This document shows positions 59,518 through 64,000 of a DNA stretch of 64,000 bases, piece by piece. The number at the start of each line of letters is the position of its first letter. The stretch's first letter is position 1. This DNA comes from an uncultured Candidatus Saccharibacteria bacterium. Its GTDB lineage: Bacteria > Patescibacteriota > Minisyncoccia > Phycocordibacterales > UBA9973. A model generated the notes under the pieces. It was not told the DNA's origin. It did not search any database and saw only the letters and a program-made list of their open reading frames with translations. The translations under genes were made by a program, and so were the position numbers. The stretch lies in contig CAZGOI010000002.1 of NCBI GenBank assembly GCA_964527185.1, forward strand, positions 197,532-261,531, given 5' to 3'.

Positions 59518-59976
59518 ATGAAAAAAATTCTTGATGAAGAAATCGTAATAAGCAATATCCAATACATCTATCCTGTATTACCTACAGGAGACGAATTAAG
59601 GATTGCACTAGGTGCACTATCTCTGACCAATCAAAAATCGAACGTCAATGATGATTGCCATCCAATGATAGTTGGGTGGAACGAAAACTCCGCAGTCGAT
59701 TTTGCTGACTTTCAATGGTGGATTAAGTGCCTCATTGAAGAAAGCCATTTTATTATTGGGAAGAAGATTATCACTTTTGCAGAAAAATTAGATCTGTACC
59801 CTGAGGAAGCTTGTGGAGAACCTTCTGTCACTTTAAAATTCAAAGACGGTACAATGTTCAGAATTACACAAAGAGACATCAGCAAGCCGATTGAAGTTTG
59901 CGTACGAGGCGATGGCCCAAATTTCCTGAAGATGAAAATTAAGGAATACGGGTACACTCCTATTCCTTTCGATTAA
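59518..59976 (+). CDS. Hypothetical protein (cassette cargo)
   Basis: 152-aa ORF with its own promoter and terminator (60002-60030). Confidence 0.7.
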   Translation: MKKILDEEIVISNIQYIYPVLPTGDELRIALGALSLTNQKSNVNDDCHPMIVGWNENSAVDFADFQWWIKCLIEESHFIIGKKIITFAEKLDLYPEEACGEPSVTLKFKDGTMFRITQRDISKPIEVCVRGDGPNFLKMKIKEYGYTPIPFD

Positions 59977-60072
59977 ATTCATCTAAAATAGAAAATAATT
60001 TAAGTTCCTTGCCAAAACAAGGAACTTTTTATATACATAGCTGATATAAAGTAAAAATGTTAATATTAATTA

Positions 60073-60600
60073 ATGGAATATTTGGATATCTGTGATGAAA
60101 AAGGAAATTTGACAGGAATCAAAGCTTTGAAAAAAGAAGCTCATGAGAAAGGCCTCTGGCATAGATCAGTTCATATCTGGATTTTAAACTCAAAAAATGA
60201 ATTATTAGTGCAAAAAAGATCTCCGTTAATGGATAACCATCCTAATGAGTGGGATATTTCAGCTGCAGGGCATGTATCAGCTGGAGAAGATAACATAACT
60301 TCTGCCTTACGAGAAACCGAAGAAGAACTTGGTTTAAAACTTTCTCCTGGAAATTTTACTCTCATTGGGACTATTCAACAAAGGTCTGCGCGTGAAGGAT
60401 ATATAAATAATGAAGTAAACCCTATCTATGTTGTTAAAATGGATTTAGATCTAAGTAATATAAAAAAGCAGGTAGAAGAAGTTTCAGAAGTAAAATTTAT
60501 TCCTTATCTTGAATTGAAAAAACTTATTGATAATAAAGACCCTTATTTTGTTAAACACCCTAGTGAGTACGAACTTCTTTTCAGTTATTTATCACAATAA
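60073..60600 (+). CDS. NUDIX hydrolase (IPP isomerase type 1-like subfamily)
   Basis: HRSVH, LLVQKRS, AAGHV..GE...ALRETEEELG Nudix box. Confidence 0.88.
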   Translation: MEYLDICDEKGNLTGIKALKKEAHEKGLWHRSVHIWILNSKNELLVQKRSPLMDNHPNEWDISAAGHVSAGEDNITSALRETEEELGLKLSPGNFTLIGTIQQRSAREGYINNEVNPIYVVKMDLDLSNIKKQVEEVSEVKFIPYLELKKLIDNKDPYFVKHPSEYELLFSYLSQ

Positions 60601-60633
60601 AGCCATTCTAACTTCATCCCAGGTTCGGAGCAA
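60592..60633 (-). repeat. att-like repeat B encoding short tail LLRTWDEVRMALL
   Basis: GGAGC core at 60627-60631 with the same codon phase and Arg offset as the other tails. Confidence 0.55.
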
Positions 60634-60671
60634 TAAACAGAAACGGCACCTTTTGGTGCCTTTTCTGTTTA
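60634..60671. terminator. Bidirectional terminator
   Basis: TAAACAGAAA-CGGCACC-TTTT-GGTGCC-TTTTCTGTTTA. Confidence 0.75.
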
Positions 60672-60676
60672 TCTAA

Positions 60677-60793
60677 CTCCGGGGTAAGAAAGCAAACTAC
60701 TTTGCTTTCGACAGGGATCGAAGGATTGATAATGTTTTATTTATAAAACTATCAATCACGCGCCGTGGGCGAGATTCCCTGCCTCCGGAGCCA
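60677..60793. repeat. Inverted then direct copies of the tRNA-Asn 3' end (attR-like)
   Basis: CTCCGGGG[27-nt hairpin]CAGGGATCGAA is antisense to the tRNA 3' end; TCCCTGCCTCCGGAGCCA is a direct copy. Confidence 0.8.
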
Positions 60794-60794
60794 G

Positions 60795-60947
60795 TTGACA
60801 AATATATTAAATTATTCTATACTAGAAACAGTATCGTAGTTCTTTGATATTTTTTGGTTATTTAGTTGTATTTGGTGGATTATCCTTGCTTCTTTTTAGG
60901 AGGTTAAGATAATTCACTAAATAATTCACAATTAAATACCAAAAAAA
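60795..60947 (+). promoter_or_regulatory. Promoter plus long hairpin leader (copy 1 of an 88-nt repeat)
   Basis: TTGACA-17-TATACT; 60836-60923 matches 61450-61537 at 87/88. Confidence 0.8.
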
Positions 60948-61229
60948 ATGGATGCAAATCAATTTCCCAACGACAACGATTTAGTTAATCCTGAAGACCC
61001 TTACTCACCAACCGAAAAAGAGGTTCGTGAATATATGGAAATGGGATATAGTCGTTCAGGTGCAATATCTTCACTCACCACAACCAAAAAAAATCGTGAA
61101 GAAGAATACGACCCTTTTCAGGAAGGTGATGCTGAGGAAATGGATGCAATTCGTAACCCCCATGTATCAATGGAGGGTATGATGTTAAAAGTTAATCAGC
61201 ACTATGGACCACCTTCAAATGAGGACTAA
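60948..61229 (+). CDS. Acidic hypothetical protein (cassette cargo)
   Basis: 93-aa ORF with promoter, leader and terminator (61242-61288). Confidence 0.65.
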   Translation: MDANQFPNDNDLVNPEDPYSPTEKEVREYMEMGYSRSGAISSLTTTKKNREEEYDPFQEGDAEEMDAIRNPHVSMEGMMLKVNQHYGPPSNED

Positions 61230-61287
61230 GTCATTTTTATTTAAAGCCCTAAGCTTTGTAGAAAAACTCTACTTGCTAGGGCTTTTT

Positions 61288-61407
61288 CTATATTATGAGT
61301 TCTGAAGTGTTCATCATTTGAAACATCTCAAAAATATTACTAAACTCAATATCTCTTTTAATTTGAACCCAGTTAAGAGTTCTGAACTCATCCACTAGTG
61401 GGAGCAA
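61288..61407 (-). repeat. att-like repeat C encoding tail LLPLVDEFRTLNWVQIKRDIEFSNIFEMFQMMNTSELII
   Basis: High DNA identity to 62098-62211; GGAGC core at 61401-61405. Confidence 0.85.
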
Positions 61408-61411
61408 ATAC

Positions 61412-61559
61412 TTGACTTTTTATATATTTTATGCTATCATGCTCAGGTAGTAGTTCTTTGATATTTTTTGGTTATTTAGTTGTATTTGGTGGATTATCCT
61501 TGCTTCTTTTTTGGAGGTTAAGATAATTCACTAAATATAAACAATTAAATAATCAAAAG
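61412..61559 (+). promoter_or_regulatory. Promoter plus long hairpin leader (copy 2)
   Basis: TTGACT-17-TATCAT with TG; leader near-identical to 60836-60923. Confidence 0.8.
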
Positions 61560-62039
61560 ATGAACATAAGTAACAGAACAAAGAAGTATGCCGAGATGTT
61601 GAACTATCAAGGTCATAGGCATCCAGTAATTAAGGCATTGATAGTTGTTTTTGAAATACTTGATGATTACACAAGTAGAGTAAAAGCAGGAGAAGACGGA
61701 GACCGTTTTCTTTCAATGTTGGGAGGGCTGGAAAAAGCAGATAGGCAGAGTTTGGTCAAAAAAAGCAATCGTGCTTTCTGGGGACAGGGACATTTCACCA
61801 GCGAAAATACGTCAGAATTATTTGCTCTCATCGGAGTAACTGATGAAAAAGCAAAAGTTTTTGAAGGATATGATTTCATATGGGAAATATTTAGCTCAAA
61901 AGGAAATACTCCCGAAGAAATATTTTCAAATATGAGAACGGCTATGTCACCTCCTGCCAGATTCTTGTTGGAACAAACCTATGATTCCTTCAAGAATGAA
62001 ATGATTACAATGTATTATCGTTACTTCCAAGTAAGGTAA
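61560..62039 (+). CDS. Hypothetical protein (cassette cargo)
   Basis: 159-aa ORF with promoter, leader and terminator (62044-62094). Confidence 0.7.
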   Translation: MNISNRTKKYAEMLNYQGHRHPVIKALIVVFEILDDYTSRVKAGEDGDRFLSMLGGLEKADRQSLVKKSNRAFWGQGHFTSENTSELFALIGVTDEKAKVFEGYDFIWEIFSSKGNTPEEIFSNMRTAMSPPARFLLEQTYDSFKNEMITMYYRYFQVR

Positions 62040-62097
62040 AAACAAATCCGCTTCAGTAGAAGGAAAATCCCTTCATTAAACTGAAGCGGATTTTCTT

Positions 62098-62211
62098 TTA
62101 TGAGTTCTGAAACCCTGCTACAGGAAATGTCTCAAAAATCTTAGAAAACTCAATATCTCTTTTAATTTTAACCCAATTAAGAGTTCTGAACTTGTCCACT
62201 AGGGGGAGCAT
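62098..62211 (-). repeat. att-like repeat D encoding tail MLPLVDKFRTLNWVKIKRDIEFSKIFETFPVAGFQNS
   Basis: GGAGC core at 62205-62209; homologous to A and C. Confidence 0.85.
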
Positions 62212-62277
62212 TTTTATAAAATAAAAAACCTCATCACATCACTATGATTAGGTTTTTAACTTAAAGTTCTGTATTAA

Positions 62278-62628
62278 CTATACGAAGTTATTTTCGTACC
62301 ATTTCTGCCTTTGATCCATTTTTCCTCTTCGGTCGTAATTACAAAATTTAGCTACTGCGTCCATAAATTTTTCGAAAATACTGTTGCTCGCAGAAGCATC
62401 ATCTTTATTTTTTTCTCGATTCTCCACATACCATTTTAATGGATTTTGCTTTTTGATAAGACCCAACTCTATTTGCATAAAATCGTCAGGAATTTCAAAA
62501 AAGTTTTCCGATTTTATCTGAGGAGGGATTTGAAGGCAAAATGTTCCCATTCTGTATGTAGCGTCCTCAGACTGGAACTCAATTACTTCATGTCCACCTA
62601 TATGTGAACTTATTAATTTAATGAGCAT
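62278..62628 (-). CDS. Hypothetical protein (reverse-oriented cargo)
   Basis: 116-aa ATG ORF; terminator hairpin at 62223-62257. Confidence 0.6.
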   Translation of the reverse strand: MLIKLISSHIGGHEVIEFQSEDATYRMGTFCLQIPPQIKSENFFEIPDDFMQIELGLIKKQNPLKWYVENREKNKDDASASNSIFEKFMDAVAKFCNYDRRGKMDQRQKWYENNFV

Positions 62629-62689
62629 AGCGTTTATTTTTTAGTTTACAAATAATCTATCATAAAATAATCTTTTGTAAATACCACTG

Positions 62690-62730
62690 GTTCTGAAACA
62701 GTTGAACTGGAAACACATCAAAAATCTTAG
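62690..62730 (-). repeat. Truncated att-like repeat E (distal part only; KIFDVFPVQLFQN)
   Basis: Aligns without gaps to 62104-62144 (GTTCTGAAAC...GGAAA...TCAAAAATCTTAG). Confidence 0.7.
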
Positions 62731-62733
62731 GTT

Positions 62734-63822
62734 TTAGAATTTCACAGTAAGTGGCGAGCCAAGACCAGTGACATAATCGTAATGAGCTCGGGCTTCGCAA
62801 TAATAACCGCAGTTACCGTTTGATCCGTTTTTAATATCTCTAAAAAATTTAGTGGGAGAATTGGAAGATTTATCAGTATAAAATTTTTCGTTACCAGTTG
62901 AAAGTCCGAGTGACTGGATAGCTGCCCATTGTGGGGCAGCAGCGCTAGTGCCACCGACTACATACCAATTGCCATGCCTATAAACTGGAAAACCTGATTT
63001 CGGATCTGCGTCGTAAGAAACATCAGGAATCGAACGCATTCCATTAGCACGAGGAATCGCATAGCTATTTTGATAATTAGGTTGTTTTTCGTAAGCACTT
63101 ACTCCTCCACCCGAACCATTCCAAGCCAATTCTTTTAAAAAAGATCCATGCGAGTCAAATGTCAGACTAGTGCCACCGACAGCCACTACAAATGGTGATG
63201 CAGCAGGCCAACTAGCTCCAGTGCCATTGTCTCCCGAGGCGGCAAAGAAAACCGCGCCAAAGTTACTTTGAAAATGTGAGTCGAGCGATAGTTCTTCTGG
63301 AAATTCTGCTCCGCCGAAACTCATAGATATTGCTACTGTATTTGGATTATTGCGGGCATAATCAATGGCGTCTAAAAGATTTTTTCCGGATGGAGTTTTT
63401 GCTTCTACCAAAAGAATTTTTGCCAAAGGGGCAATAGCATGGGCCCACTCTACATCGAGTGAGGTTTCCATAGCCCAGCCACTGTTCGTTTTCGTGTCTT
63501 TTGCCATCAGGTGTTTTTCGAAACAACTATTTGTAACAGTACACGAAGGTAGGTTAAATTGAGAACTGAATACATTCAGGTCTTTTTCGATTGTACTATC
63601 GTCATAAGCTCCGATAATAGCTATGGTTCCTTGCCCGCCACTATCAGGCAGATTGTAAATTTTTTTAATTATATCTGGCGAGATTCCTTTTGGGGTGTTA
63701 GTTGCTTTACCATACACATGAATTGGATGTTTAGCTTTGAAATTGTTAAAATGATAATCCGCCAAAGCGAATTGAGGTATACAAAAACTCAAAACTATAA
63801 TAATCAAATAAAATTTTCTCAT
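62734..63822 (-). CDS. Secreted S53 (sedolisin-like) serine peptidase
   Basis: Signal peptide; ETSLDVE, AASGDNG, PDVS, GGTSAAAP, YDYVTGLGSP. Confidence 0.9.
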   Translation of the reverse strand: MRKFYLIIIVLSFCIPQFALADYHFNNFKAKHPIHVYGKATNTPKGISPDIIKKIYNLPDSGGQGTIAIIGAYDDSTIEKDLNVFSSQFNLPSCTVTNSCFEKHLMAKDTKTNSGWAMETSLDVEWAHAIAPLAKILLVEAKTPSGKNLLDAIDYARNNPNTVAISMSFGGAEFPEELSLDSHFQSNFGAVFFAASGDNGTGASWPAASPFVVAVGGTSLTFDSHGSFLKELAWNGSGGGVSAYEKQPNYQNSYAIPRANGMRSIPDVSYDADPKSGFPVYRHGNWYVVGGTSAAAPQWAAIQSLGLSTGNEKFYTDKSSNSPTKFFRDIKNGSNGNCGYYCEARAHYDYVTGLGSPLTVKF

Positions 63823-63887
63823 TGTTTTATAAACTTTAACATAAAGGGAAGATTTTTTATTTACCAATTTAATCTATTTTTAGCATT

Positions 63888-63998
63888 TTATTCTTGGTCA
63901 ACTAGATATGTTTGCAGAAAGGTTTCTATCGCAATTATCGTACCGTCTTTAAGGTGAGCATTACTTTCTGCTACCCATTTCGCAAAATTATATAGCTC
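63888..63998 (-). CDS. 3' end of a gene starting beyond the window
   Basis: Open minus frame ELYNFAKWVAESNAHLKDG...DQE ending at a stop. Confidence 0.35.
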   Translation of the reverse strand, partial: ELYNFAKWVAESNAHLKDGTIIAIETFLQTYLVDQE

Positions 63999-64000
63999 TT

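Larger units (their letters stand above)
57590..62730. mobile_element. tRNA-Asn-anchored island / tandem cassette array
   Basis: 17-bp tRNA 3' repeat (57590-57606 and 60776-60792); GGAGC cores at 57601, 59364, 60627, 60787, 61401, 62205; AT-rich cargo. Confidence 0.75.

Noticed and set aside
57590-60792. Intact prophage between the tRNA repeats
   Set aside because: Only 3.2 kb, no structural or replication genes, and the recombinase is a fragment.
59251-62730. Repeats read as a CRISPR array or classical integron attC sites
   Set aside because: Spacing is mostly 0.6-1.3 kb with whole genes between; no IntI gene and no attC-type R/L-box palindromes seen.

Overview
64-kb chromosomal segment of a small-genome bacterium. 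Gene content and style point to Patescibacteria/CPR, probably Parcubacteria (inference from CPR-type pilins, a PaaX/Cas2-like regulator, short AlaS and leaderless extended -10 promoters); genetic code 11. Most of the window is housekeeping: cysS, dnaK/dnaJ/grpE, the infA-rpmJ-rpsM-rpsK-rpsD-rpoA-rplQ-rplM-rpsI cluster, alaS, mnmA, mltG, typA, rseP, frr, mreB, priA, ftsA/ftsZ, gyrA, rpsA, pth, lepB, hisS, def/fmt and hpf, plus a five-gene pilin cluster and four tRNAs (Glu, Ser, Val, Asn). The main finding is downstream of tRNA-Asn (57.5-62.7 kb). A truncated large-serine-recombinase-like gene reads into the antisense of the tRNA 3' end. It is followed by short cargo modules, each closed by a GGAGC core. 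On the minus strand these cores start in-phase peptide tails (LPLVDEFRTLNW-type) that look like displaced alternative C-termini of the recombinase. Several modules open with a strong promoter and a long hairpin leader, giving an integron-like, tRNA-anchored cassette array. A second pattern is duplicated or mirrored tRNA ends with hairpin insertions (at position 12/13 in both Glu and Asn 5' fragments; the Glu one carries a GIY-YIG nuclease), plus short in-frame hairpin insertions in alaS and grpE.
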